64,000 bases of DNA from Clostridia bacterium (GTDB lineage: Bacteria > Bacillota > Clostridia > Christensenellales > CAG-138): positions 31,650 to 95,649 of the forward strand of contig JAVVSK010000005.1 in assembly GCA_036654235.1 (NCBI GenBank), read 5' to 3'. Shown one piece after another: positions 10,153-19,418 of the stretch. Each line of letters opens with the position of its first letter. Position 1 is the first letter of the stretch. The notes beneath the pieces were generated by a model. The model did no database searches. It saw only the letters and a list, made by a program, of their open reading frames with translations, and was not told the DNA's origin. The position numbers were made by a program, and so were the translations under genes.

Positions 10153-11541
10153 TTAAAATTCCAATTTGTCTTCAATATAGCTTTTAAGAGCGTCAATTTT
10201 AAGGCGAATTTGAGCCATTGTATCTCTATCTCTGACAGTTACCGTTCCGTCTTCAATGGTATCAAAGTCAATAGTTATGCACATAGGCGTACCTATCTCA
10301 TCCTGCCTTCTATAGCGCTTACCTATAGCGCCGGTTTCATCAAAGTCTACCATAAAATATTTCGAAAGCTCGGAGACAATATCGCGCGCCTTATCCGATA
10401 GTTTTTTCTGAAGAGGCAATATTGCCGCCTTATACGGAGCTAGAGCCGGATGTAGGCGTAAAACGTTTCTTATATCTCCGCCTTCCAAGGTTTCTTCGTC
10501 GTAAGCGTCGCATAAGAAAGCGAGAGCAACCCTATCTGCGCCGAGAGAAGGTTCAATACAATACGGAACGTACTTCTCGTTCGTAAAGGGATCTTGATAT
10601 TCGAAGCTTATACCTGAATGCTTCGAATGTGACTTCAAATCGAAATCGGTTCTACTGGATATTCCCCAAAGTTCACCCCAACCGAAGGGATATAAAAACT
10701 CAACATCGGTCGTACCGTTTGAATAGTGAGAAAGTTCCTTTTGTTCATGTTCGCGAAGTTTAATTTTTTCAGGATTCATTCCGAGATTTAATAAAAATTG
10801 CTTACAAAAAGCTTTCCAATACTCGTACCATTTAAGATCGGTTCCGGGTTCGCAAAAAAATTCAAGTTCCATCTGTTCAAATTCACGCGTTCTGAACGTA
10901 AAATTACCCGGAGTTATTTCGTTTCTAAAAGTTTTACCAATCTGAGCTATACCAAACGGAATTTTCCGCCGCGTAGTCCGCTGAACGTTTTTAAAGTTTA
11001 CAAATATTCCCTGAGCCGTTTCGGGGCGAAGATATAATTCACTTGCCGTATCTTCGTTTACGCCCTGAAATGTTTTAAACATCATATTAAATTTCCGTAT
11101 AGACGTAAAATTGCGTTTTCCGCACTCGGGGCAGCAAATCTCATTTTCCGCTATATAAGCCATCATTTCATCGTTGCTCCATCCGTCCGGATGTATCTCT
11201 ATAGAGTTGGAATTTGCGTAGTTCTCTATAAGCTTATCGGCACGAAAACGCGCCTTGCATTCTTTGCAGTCCATCAAAGGATCATTAAAGTTTCCGACAT
11301 GTCCGGACGCGACCCATGTTTCAGGGTTCATTAAAATAGCGGCATCCATACCTACATTATACGGGTTTTCCTGAACGAATTTTTTCCACCACGCCTTTTT
11401 AACGTTGTTTTTGAACTCAACTCCGAGAGGACCATAGTCCCAAGTATTGGCTAAGCCGCCGTATATCTCGCTCCCGGCGAATATAAAGCCTCTGTTTTTG
11501 CAGAGGGCAACAATTTTATCCATCGAAAAACTTTTTTCCAT
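10153..11541 (-). CDS. glyQS: Glycine--tRNA ligase (homodimeric GlyQS type)
   Basis: [34 protein letters not shown]... is the canonical class-II GlyRS N-terminus. ATG 11541 is preceded by TGGAGA; the track ORF is 8 codons longer. Confidence 0.95.
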   Translation of the reverse strand: MEKSFSMDKIVALCKNRGFIFAGSEIYGGLANTWDYGPLGVEFKNNVKKAWWKKFVQENPYNVGMDAAILMNPETWVASGHVGNFNDPLMDCKECKARFRADKLIENYANSNSIEIHPDGWSNDEMMAYIAENEICCPECGKRNFTSIRKFNMMFKTFQGVNEDTASELYLRPETAQGIFVNFKNVQRTTRRKIPFGIAQIGKTFRNEITPGNFTFRTREFEQMELEFFCEPGTDLKWYEYWKAFCKQFLLNLGMNPEKIKLREHEQKELSHYSNGTTDVEFLYPFGWGELWGISSRTDFDLKSHSKHSGISFEYQDPFTNEKYVPYCIEPSLGADRVALAFLCDAYDEETLEGGDIRNVLRLHPALAPYKAAILPLQKKLSDKARDIVSELSKYFMVDFDETGAIGKRYRRQDEIGTPMCITIDFDTIEDGTVTVRDRDTMAQIRLKIDALKSYIEDKLEF

Positions 11542-11581
11542 TCTAAGCAATCTCCATATTAACACATAAAGTTTATTTACT

Positions 11582-11610
11582 ATATTACCAAGTCACGGCG
11601 TTCTTGTCAA
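11582..11610 (-). promoter_or_regulatory. Sigma-A-type promoter for glyQS
   Basis: TTGACA, 17 nt spacer, TAATAT on the minus strand, about 40 nt upstream of the start codon. Confidence 0.45.
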
Positions 11611-11810
11611 TTTGCGTGAAAAATCCGGTGTAAGGGTATCATAGGTTCAATAGTCTTTTTTGTTGATCCCTTCCAAAAAATCCGCCAAGTAGGGAATGAA
11701 ATTAGTCTTTTTTGTGAAAGAAAGGAAAATCGCTTGACGGAAAGGAGAGTTTGCGTTACCATAGGCTAAGGTTTAAGATACCAATATTTTGATAAGGTAG
11801 GTTTTTTCTG

Positions 11811-12131
11811 ATGGGAGAAGGGATAACCAATTTCTTTAATTCTTATGGGTCGATTATTATAATGGTGGTTGTCATGGTTGCATTATTTGCGCTTATGATA
11901 ATCCCTCAACGTAAACGCGATAAGAAAGTTAAAGAAATGCTTGCCGCCATTAAACCCGGCGACAGAGTTCGTACAATAGGCGGACTATATGGAACGGTCA
12001 CTTCGGTTCGTGACGATGTTATAACTATGTCTGTCGGTCCCGATAAGGTGAGACTTGTATTTGCGCGCGGAGCTATAGCCACTATTGAAGATTCACCGAT
12101 TGAAAATACGATCGAAGAAGGCATTAAATAA
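11811..12131 (+). CDS. yajC: Preprotein translocase subunit YajC
   Basis: Single TM followed by PQRKRDKKVKEMLAAIKPGDRVRTIGGLYGTV, the YajC signature. Confidence 0.85.
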   Translation: MGEGITNFFNSYGSIIIMVVVMVALFALMIIPQRKRDKKVKEMLAAIKPGDRVRTIGGLYGTVTSVRDDVITMSVGPDKVRLVFARGAIATIEDSPIENTIEEGIK

Positions 12132-12160
12132 AACAGTTAAGGCATCTTGCCTCTGTTTTA
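12132..12160 (+). terminator. Rho-independent terminator after yajC
   Basis: AACAG-tta-AGGCA-tct-TGCCT-CTGTT followed by TTTT. Confidence 0.55.
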
Positions 12161-12302
12161 CTTCAATTTTATTTTTTAAACAAGTGTAAGTACAAAAAAT
12201 TTAAGGCATCCGCCTAAATTTACAACCAAATTAAATCGGCGTTTTTACAGCGTCGATTTTGTTATGCTAATTTTTTACAAAAAAGAAAAAGGGAGTTTAA
12301 TT

Positions 12303-13331
12303 ATGGGTTCAAAGATTTGGAAGGTTGTAAATAGATACTCTAAAAAGTGGTTTATAAACGGAATGAGTGCGATGGCTTTAGGCCTTTTCGCGTCTCTAAT
12401 AATCGGTCTTATTCTGACGCAGATAAGTAAGATCCCGGGACTTTCGTTCCTAGCTGAAATTACTAAGGTTATCGGAGCAGCGTCACCCGTTGTTGGGTCC
12501 GCTATGGGCGTTGCAATAGCATATGCGCTTAAAGCCAGCCCTCTTGTTATATTCTCATGTTGTGCATGTGGAGCATGCGGGTATGCTGCAGGCGGTCCCG
12601 TTGGAGCTTATGTTGCCGCGATAGCTGGTACTGAAATAGGTATGCTGATTTCAAAAAAAACCAAGCTCGATATTATTTTAACGCCCATGGTAACTATAGT
12701 TGCCGGCGGTGGTTTAGGACTTTTAACAGGCCCGGCTCTCTCGTCATTTATGTCCTTTTTAGGTGGCGTTATAAACGATGCAACTGTTTTAGCACCAATA
12801 CCTATGGGAATTATAATAGCGGTTTTAGTCGGTCTTGCCTTAACCGCCCCGATAAGCTCAGCTGCCCTTTGCATAATGATCGGTATATCGGGAATTGCGG
12901 CCGGCGCTGCAACTGTCGGTTGTTGTGCTCAGATGGTTGGTTTTGCCGTTATGAGTTATCAGTCAAACAAGATAGGCGCTTCACTTTCCATAGGACTTGG
13001 AACTTCTATGCTTCAGTTTGCCAATATTTTACGACGACCTGCGATCTGGATTCCGCCGACTCTTTCCGCAGCAATTTTAGGACCTATAGCTACAACTGTG
13101 CTAAAAATGACAAACACACCAGAAGGTGCCGGAATGGGTACGTCGGGTCTCGTCGGTCAGTTTGGAACATTCGCTTCTATGAGTCCAACTACCGATTGGT
13201 GGATAATATTGATCGAAATAGCTGTTATGCAGGTTATACTCCCCGCATTGCTTACCTTTGGATTTTATATTTTATTTAAAAAGCTAAAATGGTTTACCGA
13301 TGAGGATCTTATTTTAAACCGTATGGATTAA
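12303..13331 (+). CDS. Polytopic membrane protein, PTS EIIC-like (PTS_EIIC_2-type) permease
   Basis: Gly/Ala-rich multi-TM protein resembling the stand-alone EIIC-like family. ATG 12303 is preceded by AAGGGAG. Confidence 0.6.
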   Translation: MGSKIWKVVNRYSKKWFINGMSAMALGLFASLIIGLILTQISKIPGLSFLAEITKVIGAASPVVGSAMGVAIAYALKASPLVIFSCCACGACGYAAGGPVGAYVAAIAGTEIGMLISKKTKLDIILTPMVTIVAGGGLGLLTGPALSSFMSFLGGVINDATVLAPIPMGIIIAVLVGLALTAPISSAALCIMIGISGIAAGAATVGCCAQMVGFAVMSYQSNKIGASLSIGLGTSMLQFANILRRPAIWIPPTLSAAILGPIATTVLKMTNTPEGAGMGTSGLVGQFGTFASMSPTTDWWIILIEIAVMQVILPALLTFGFYILFKKLKWFTDEDLILNRMD

Positions 13332-13365
13332 TAACCGTTGATAAGGTAATTAAGAAAGGATTTTC

Positions 13366-14136
13366 ATGCGAAGCGAAAGCGAAATGAAAAGACTGATACT
13401 GAACTATGCAAGCGACGAGAGCGTAGCTCTCGTCGCAATGAATGGTTCAAGAGTAGATAAATACACAAAAAAAGACATATATCAGGACTATGATATTGTA
13501 TTTGTTGTAGACGATGTTGATTATTTCGTCAATAAAAAAGACGAATGGCTAAGTGGTTTCGGAAAACGAGTAATTATGCAGGAGCCTCTGCCAAACACAC
13601 CGAAAAACGCAACAAAGCCATGGCACATATTTTTAATGCAGTTTGCGGATGGAAACCGTATAGACCTTTTACTGGTTCCTATAGAAGATCTAGATACATA
13701 CTTATCGGCTGACAGCCTTACACGTATCATTTTAGATAAGCGTGGGCTTGTAAAAAATAAGCCGCCTGAAAGCGATAGTGATTATTGGGTGAAAAAGCCA
13801 ATCACTAGTGAATTTAATAGTTGTATAAATGAATTTTATTGGATGTCGATATTTGGTGCAGATACAGGATTTATAATGAGCGCAGGTAAGTTTTATAAGC
13901 GTTTAACCGAATATTTATCTGAGGAGGAATTAAAAAAGCTCATGAAAACATATTCATTGGAATCTACATCTGATCAAATCGATGCTCTGTTTTCCGGGTT
14001 GGATTTGTTTTATAAATTAGCGCTTACGGTTGCCGAGAAATTAGGCTTTGAATTTCCAAATTCCGAAGCTATAGACGTTCCGAAATACATATTTGAACGT
14101 ATTCAGCCAAAAAGCCGACAAATATCGGGCGATTAA
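13366..14136 (+). CDS. Aminoglycoside 6-adenylyltransferase (ANT(6)/AadK)-like nucleotidyltransferase, short variant
   Basis: MRSESEMKRLILNYASDESVALVAMNGSRVDK...QDYDIVFVV...GNRIDLLLVP...EFNSCINEFYW resembles AadK-type proteins. At 256 aa it is shorter than I expect for the family. Confidence 0.6.
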   Translation: MRSESEMKRLILNYASDESVALVAMNGSRVDKYTKKDIYQDYDIVFVVDDVDYFVNKKDEWLSGFGKRVIMQEPLPNTPKNATKPWHIFLMQFADGNRIDLLLVPIEDLDTYLSADSLTRIILDKRGLVKNKPPESDSDYWVKKPITSEFNSCINEFYWMSIFGADTGFIMSAGKFYKRLTEYLSEEELKKLMKTYSLESTSDQIDALFSGLDLFYKLALTVAEKLGFEFPNSEAIDVPKYIFERIQPKSRQISGD

Positions 14137-14148
14137 CCGATATTTGTC
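14108..14148 (-). terminator. Terminator for the recombinase gene, overlapping the 3' end of the convergent ANT(6)-like gene
   Basis: Perfect 12-bp stem GACAAATATCGG / CCGATATTTGTC (14117-14128 / 14137-14148), followed on the minus strand by GGCTTTTT. Confidence 0.5.
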
Positions 14149-14182
14149 AAGGCTTCGATTGACTCTACAATATATTAAAATT

Positions 14183-15244
14183 TCAATCTTTTTTTTCATC
14201 GTCATCGCGAAGCTTTATAACGCTTGCTGCAAAACGTCTTCTGTCCTGAGATAGAGCGGCGTAATGTTTTTTTGTTGTATTTACGTCTTTGTGTCCTAGA
14301 CAATCGGCAACAAGGTATATATCTCCTGTTTCGCGGTACAACATAGTTCCATAGGTACTTCTAAGTTTATGCGGAGATATTGATTTTTGTGGTACGGCAA
14401 CAGCTGCATATTTTTTAACTATGTTTTCGACAGCGCGCACTGTTAGCCGCTTCATCTGAGACGATAAAAAAAGCGCTCCTTCATATCCCGGCAGCGGATT
14501 TTGTGATTCGCGAATTTCAATATAGTTTAAAAGAGCAGTTCGCGTTTCAGAGCCAAATACGAGAGTGTCTTTATTTCCGCCCTTTCTCGTTATTGAAAAC
14601 TCATTTGAAAAAAAGTTAAGATCGTCCGTATTTAGGCCAACAAGCTCGCTGATTCGGATTCCGGTACCCAAAAACAGGGTAAGTATCGCCATATCCCGTA
14701 TCTTAGCTTTTTCATGAAGCTTTTTTTGATGCATCGTCATACCGAGACCGGTTTCACATGCATCAAGCAGCCGCGCTACCTCGTCCGGCTCAAGGCGAAC
14801 GATAGGTTTATCGTGAAGCTTTGGGGGATCTACAAATGTAGGAACGGTAGATAAAAGTTGTCCTTTTTTATAAAAATACTTAAAAAAAGCGCGAATTGTG
14901 GATAATTTCCTCGCCTTCGTGCTTTCGTTGTTAACAAATTCCTCCCCATTTCTCTCGTAGTAAGAAAGGTATTCTATAAATATCTCAATTTCGGTACTCG
15001 TAATTGAATCAAGGTCGGAAAGAGTTATACTTTCTATGTTTTTATTTAAAAAACGCGGAAGTCTATTAATTAGAAAATTAAAGAAAATTCTAAGATCGGT
15101 AGCATACTCAAAGCGCGTAAGCACAGAAGTCGTACTTTCACGCGCACGAAAATAATCGGCACAGTATGGAGGGAATCCCTTAAGCATTTCCCTGATTTTT
15201 TTCGTATAAATCTTATGGCGCGTCGCCGTATAATCGTTATCCAT
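14183..15244 (-). CDS. Site-specific tyrosine recombinase (XerC/XerD-like)
   Basis: SAM-like N-domain. Catalytic region has RISEL, HKLRSTYGT, GHKDVNTTKKHY (R..H-x-x-R..Y pattern). Confidence 0.85.
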   Translation of the reverse strand: MDNDYTATRHKIYTKKIREMLKGFPPYCADYFRARESTTSVLTRFEYATDLRIFFNFLINRLPRFLNKNIESITLSDLDSITSTEIEIFIEYLSYYERNGEEFVNNESTKARKLSTIRAFFKYFYKKGQLLSTVPTFVDPPKLHDKPIVRLEPDEVARLLDACETGLGMTMHQKKLHEKAKIRDMAILTLFLGTGIRISELVGLNTDDLNFFSNEFSITRKGGNKDTLVFGSETRTALLNYIEIRESQNPLPGYEGALFLSSQMKRLTVRAVENIVKKYAAVAVPQKSISPHKLRSTYGTMLYRETGDIYLVADCLGHKDVNTTKKHYAALSQDRRRFAASVIKLRDDDEKKD

Positions 15245-15401
15245 TGCTAAACGCCTCTTTTTTTATATTTATCACTATATCTATTTTATCATTGATTCTA
15301 AAATTTCGCAAAGATAAACTATTAATTCAATACACAGAGCTCGTTCGACAAGCATACTTATTATTTTGCAAAAATAGATTATCTTCTTAATTATAATATA
15401 T

Positions 15402-15430
15402 TTGACAAAAGTAATAATGACTTTTATAAT
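15402..15430 (+). promoter_or_regulatory. Sigma-A-type promoter for the YpsA-like gene
   Basis: TTGACA, 17 nt spacer, TATAAT, 36 nt upstream of ATG 15467. Confidence 0.5.
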
Positions 15431-15466
15431 AGATGTTGATTGGAATTTATAAAAAGGTGATGGATA

Positions 15467-16003
15467 ATGAAAAATATAACATGTTCTTTCGCAGGTTACC
15501 GTCCCCAAAAACTCTCAATTTTATATGATGAGCTTAGCTCTCCTTGCGTTCTATTAAAACGAAGACTTAAATCTGAAATTGAAAGAATGATTGAAAATAA
15601 TAACGTCGCTACCTTTATAAGTGGAATGGCTATGGGAATTGATCTTATTGCCGCTGAAATCGTCCTAATAGTAAAAAAAGAGCGCCCTTATGATGATATT
15701 CGTCTTGTAACCGCTATACCCTTTGAGGGTCAGGATGATTCCTGGTGCGGTGAATATAGAAAACGCTATCGTCATGTACTTGATATGGCTGATGAGCAAG
15801 TTATAATAAGCGAATATTATACCAGAGCCTGCATGTATGAGCGTAATCGTTATATGGTGGATAATTCTGACTATATAATAGCGGTTTTTGACGGTAAGTC
15901 GGGGGGAACTAAATACACCCTTGATTATGCTATTAAGAGAGGCGTTGGAAGCGTAGTTATAGACCCTCGCGATTTTCTTTTTTTCGATCGTCTTGTAGTT
16001 TAG
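15467..16003 (+). CDS. SLOG-superfamily protein, DUF1273 / YpsA-like
   Basis: FAGYRPQKL...FISGMAMGIDLIAAEIVL...IPFEGQDDSW...RNRYMVDNSDYIIAVFDG..GGTKYT matches the YpsA/DUF1273 pattern. Confidence 0.7.
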   Translation: MKNITCSFAGYRPQKLSILYDELSSPCVLLKRRLKSEIERMIENNNVATFISGMAMGIDLIAAEIVLIVKKERPYDDIRLVTAIPFEGQDDSWCGEYRKRYRHVLDMADEQVIISEYYTRACMYERNRYMVDNSDYIIAVFDGKSGGTKYTLDYAIKRGVGSVVIDPRDFLFFDRLVV

Positions 16004-16152
16004 TAATTTAAAACAAGTAGTGAAAAGTCTCCTTAAGGGTTTTATAAAAAATATATGGTATCCTTATCTAATTTTGGGGTATGACGCTTTTAAATCTGCA
16101 CCCTATGCTGTATAATTATTAATAATAATATTTATTTTTGGAGGAGAGAAAT

Positions 16153-17664
16153 ATGGAACTGGATTCTTTGATAACTCATTTTCGCGACGTAACTACTAAG
16201 TCGCGTGCCTATTCTCATGCTATGGCTGCGTTGTATTACGACGCGCAGACGGTTGCTCCTAAAAACTCAGTTATAGGATTATCGAAAACGATGGGGATGC
16301 TTTCGGAATTAGATTATAATTTAACCGTAAATAAAGAAATGATGGATTGTATTGCAACGTTGCATGAACATATTGAAGAACTTCAAGATCCCGTTTTAAA
16401 GCGCGAAGTTGAGCTTAAATATAAGCAAATAAATCGCATGAGCAAGCTTTCCGTTGAAGATGTGGTTGAATTTTCAAAGTTGCAGGCAGAGGCTGAATCC
16501 GTTTGGGAACAAGCTAAAAACGCCAATGATTATTCGATGTTTGAGCCGTACCTTGCGCGTATAGTTGAAACGGCTATTCGTTTTATTAAAATTACAGATC
16601 CGGACAAGGATCCGTATGAAGCTATGTTAAATGACTATGAGGAGGGTTTAAAAACAGAGTTTTTAGATCAGTTTTTCGCTCTCATTCGAGATAGAATCGC
16701 TGTTCTTTTAAAGAAAGTCCAAAATAGCAAAACGGTTATCGATGATAGCTTTTTAAAGCTCAATTACCCCGTCGAAAAGCAGCGCGAGCTTTCAGACTAC
16801 CTTATGAAGATAATGTCTATAAACAGGGATGATTGCATTATTGGCGAAGTTGAACATCCCTTTACTACCTCTAACAATAAACACGATGTCCGCATAACAA
16901 CACACTACCATGAGGATAACATGGTAAGCTCAATGTATAGCGTTATTCATGAGGGTGGTCACGCGCTATATGAACTGAATACCGGTGATAATCTTCGCGA
17001 TTCGTTTTTAGCATCCGGCACCAGCATGGCGGCGCACGAATCACAATCCCGTTTTTATGAAAACATAATCGGAAGATCAAAAGAATTTGTAGAGCTTATA
17101 TTCCCTAAACTGAAGGAACTTTTCCCCGAACAGCTCAATGGCGTTACTCCATATATGTTTTATCTTGCAATAAATAAAACGGAGCCGAGTCTTATCCGAA
17201 CCGAAGCAGATGAACTTACATATTCTTTACATATAATGATTCGCTATGAGCTTGAAAAACGTTTAATAGCCGGCACATTGCTTGTCAAAGATCTTCCTAT
17301 GGAATGGAATAAAATGTATAAAGAATATCTTGGCGTAGACGTTCCTGATTTTAAACATGGTGTTTTGCAGGATTCACATTGGGCGGGAACTCTTATTGGA
17401 TATTTCCCGTCATACGCTATAGGCAGCGCATATTCGGCTCAGATGCTTAACACTATGCAGCATAACTTCAACGTTTTTGACGAGGTTAAGAATAATAGAC
17501 TGAGCCGCATAGTTGAGTTTATGACAGATAAAATGTATAAACACGGTATGCTCCTTAAGGCTTGCGATGTCGTTGAGACGGTCTGCAACGAAAAATTCGA
17601 CCCATCGTATTACATTGATTATCTCGAAAAAAAGTATACAGATATATATAATCTTAAGAGTTGA
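16153..17664 (+). CDS. M32 carboxypeptidase (Taq-type)
   Basis: HEGGHALYE zinc motif, HESQSRFYEN, and IRTEADELTY. ATG 16153 follows GGAGGAG. Confidence 0.88.
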   Translation: MELDSLITHFRDVTTKSRAYSHAMAALYYDAQTVAPKNSVIGLSKTMGMLSELDYNLTVNKEMMDCIATLHEHIEELQDPVLKREVELKYKQINRMSKLSVEDVVEFSKLQAEAESVWEQAKNANDYSMFEPYLARIVETAIRFIKITDPDKDPYEAMLNDYEEGLKTEFLDQFFALIRDRIAVLLKKVQNSKTVIDDSFLKLNYPVEKQRELSDYLMKIMSINRDDCIIGEVEHPFTTSNNKHDVRITTHYHEDNMVSSMYSVIHEGGHALYELNTGDNLRDSFLASGTSMAAHESQSRFYENIIGRSKEFVELIFPKLKELFPEQLNGVTPYMFYLAINKTEPSLIRTEADELTYSLHIMIRYELEKRLIAGTLLVKDLPMEWNKMYKEYLGVDVPDFKHGVLQDSHWAGTLIGYFPSYAIGSAYSAQMLNTMQHNFNVFDEVKNNRLSRIVEFMTDKMYKHGMLLKACDVVETVCNEKFDPSYYIDYLEKKYTDIYNLKS

Positions 17665-17711
17665 GCTCAGCTCTGAGGGCTAAAAAGCAATGAACAAAAG
17701 CTTGGACTATA

Positions 17712-17750
17712 ATATAATCCGCCCACTGTTAACAGTGGGCGGATTATATT
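17712..17750. terminator. Bidirectional terminator between convergent genes
   Basis: Perfect palindrome ATAATCCGCCCACTG-ttaa-CAGTGGGCGGATTAT. Confidence 0.7.
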
Positions 17751-17768
17751 AGTCCTGTTTCCGACTTT

Positions 17769-18896
17769 TCATTCATTTTGTAAATCATGCATTAACTTAT
17801 ATGGATTTACAAACTTTCCGTCGGGCGAGATTATTGATATGTGAAGATGATTGGCGTCACTGTTGCCCGTTGAGCCAATATTCCCTATTACGTCTCCGGT
17901 AGCTACTGTATCCCCAACTTTAACGTGCCTTGTCAATTCTAACATATGGTAATAATGATACTCATATCCGAACGAATCGGTGATTATAACAAAATTTCCG
18001 GGTATATTTCCATAACCTATCGCCGTAACAATTCCCGGACTAATGCTTAGTATATCAGTTCCCTGATCGGCCTTTATATCGGTCCCCATATGCTTTCTCG
18101 TATTATTTGAACGCGTATCACACCATGAGTCATGAAACGAATAATAGTGATCTTTAAGAGGAAAATGTAAGGTTTTCATAACGTTGCTCGGAAATGAATA
18201 TACATTATCTATAGACTCATTGCCATAATCATCATACACCGAGGTAAGATAAGCATAAGTAAATCTTATGTCTATATATTTTCCAAAATCCCCATTTGAA
18301 TAAATATTTGCAAAATCAACTATATCGTAAGGTTTTATAGTTATAATCAATTTTCGAACATTTGATTCTTGAATATTAAAAGATATATTTAAAAGGGCTA
18401 AAAATTCAACTTTATCGTTGATGAAGGGTAAGGTAGAGGCAAGAAATTGGAATGATGGATAAGATATATGAAAGTCCCTGTCAAGATCATTTTTTTGTTC
18501 CGCCAGATATGAATAAACTGCATTTACAGCAGTATCAATAGAAGACTGCACAAGAGCAGCCTTTAATATATATCTATTTATATTTATAGTCATATTTTGG
18601 GCAAAATCATAGCCATATTTTAGTGACCAGTTGTTAACAATGAAGAGGGAAGAGTCAAAATTATCAAAAAAAATAGGATAAAGTTCATCATATAGTTCAT
18701 TTTCGGGGGGATAAGGCATTGTTGGCGCTAATGTCGGATTAAGGTATGAATCATTATTACTGTCGAGCCTTAGTGCAGTAAATATTTCGCATCCGGAAAG
18801 CAGTGCTAAAAATGTAAATAAAGCCAAACATAAGGCAGATATTTTTAAATAAAATCCATCTTTCAATTTCATTTTGATATTATAGCATATTTTCAT
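17769..18896 (-). CDS. M23-family peptidase, probable lipoprotein
   Basis: C-terminal HMGTDI...HHMLE...HLHISI LytM motifs and lipobox LLSGC. The start is ambiguous (TTG 18911, ATG 18896, ATG 18872); none has a good RBS. Confidence 0.75.
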   Translation of the reverse strand: MKICYNIKMKLKDGFYLKISALCLALFTFLALLSGCEIFTALRLDSNNDSYLNPTLAPTMPYPPENELYDELYPIFFDNFDSSLFIVNNWSLKYGYDFAQNMTININRYILKAALVQSSIDTAVNAVYSYLAEQKNDLDRDFHISYPSFQFLASTLPFINDKVEFLALLNISFNIQESNVRKLIITIKPYDIVDFANIYSNGDFGKYIDIRFTYAYLTSVYDDYGNESIDNVYSFPSNVMKTLHFPLKDHYYSFHDSWCDTRSNNTRKHMGTDIKADQGTDILSISPGIVTAIGYGNIPGNFVIITDSFGYEYHYYHMLELTRHVKVGDTVATGDVIGNIGSTGNSDANHLHISIISPDGKFVNPYKLMHDLQNE

Positions 18897-18999
18897 TCTG
18901 ACAACAAACAAAATTTAATCTTTATTACTTCCAATATTGGCTTTAAAGTGGAAGTTAGTATGAATAATTATATATCATTGTTGAGATGGGGGGAGTTCC

Positions 19000-19051
19000 T
19001 TCGTCTATATTTATTCGTAAAACACAAGTTTTACGAATAAATATAGACGAA
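19000..19051. repeat. Perfect 24-bp inverted repeat with 4-nt loop
   Basis: TTCGTCTATATTTATTCGTAAAAC-acaa-GTTTTACGAATAAATATAGACGAA, read directly from the sequence. Confidence 0.9.
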
Positions 19052-19418
19052 AATCATTCTCAAAAGCTTTTAAATTTAAAATACGCTTGTTCTTGTTTGT
19101 TTTATTAAAGCAACTTTATACAATCTCAGGTAAGCTTAAGCTTCCCTTAATTAAATTTCGCTTAAGCTTTATTTTAAACCAGTTTTCCATTATTCCAACG
19201 TTAATATCTAAAATCTATCCTCAATAGTGCGCTTTCTTTGTTCGTATTATTATATATAATTTTTATCCGGCAACAAAAATATTCCAGCTTCTTGCTTCTT
19301 CTAAGTATTGCTTTTACTCTCATTTATAAGTTGAATTTACAGCGTTTGCATTTTAAATATATCATATTCTATATTTCATTGTTTCATGGTAATGAACAGC
19401 AGCTTTTTACAAAATCCA

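Noticed and set aside
18961-19041. 26-codon ORF (MNNYISLLRWGEFLRLYLFVKHKFYE) overlapping the long hairpin. Other mini-ORFs seen: 59259-59282 (MIFKKAK) and 58919-58981.
   Set aside because: They have weak or absent RBS and no downstream gene to regulate. They are indistinguishable from chance ORFs in AT-rich spacer.
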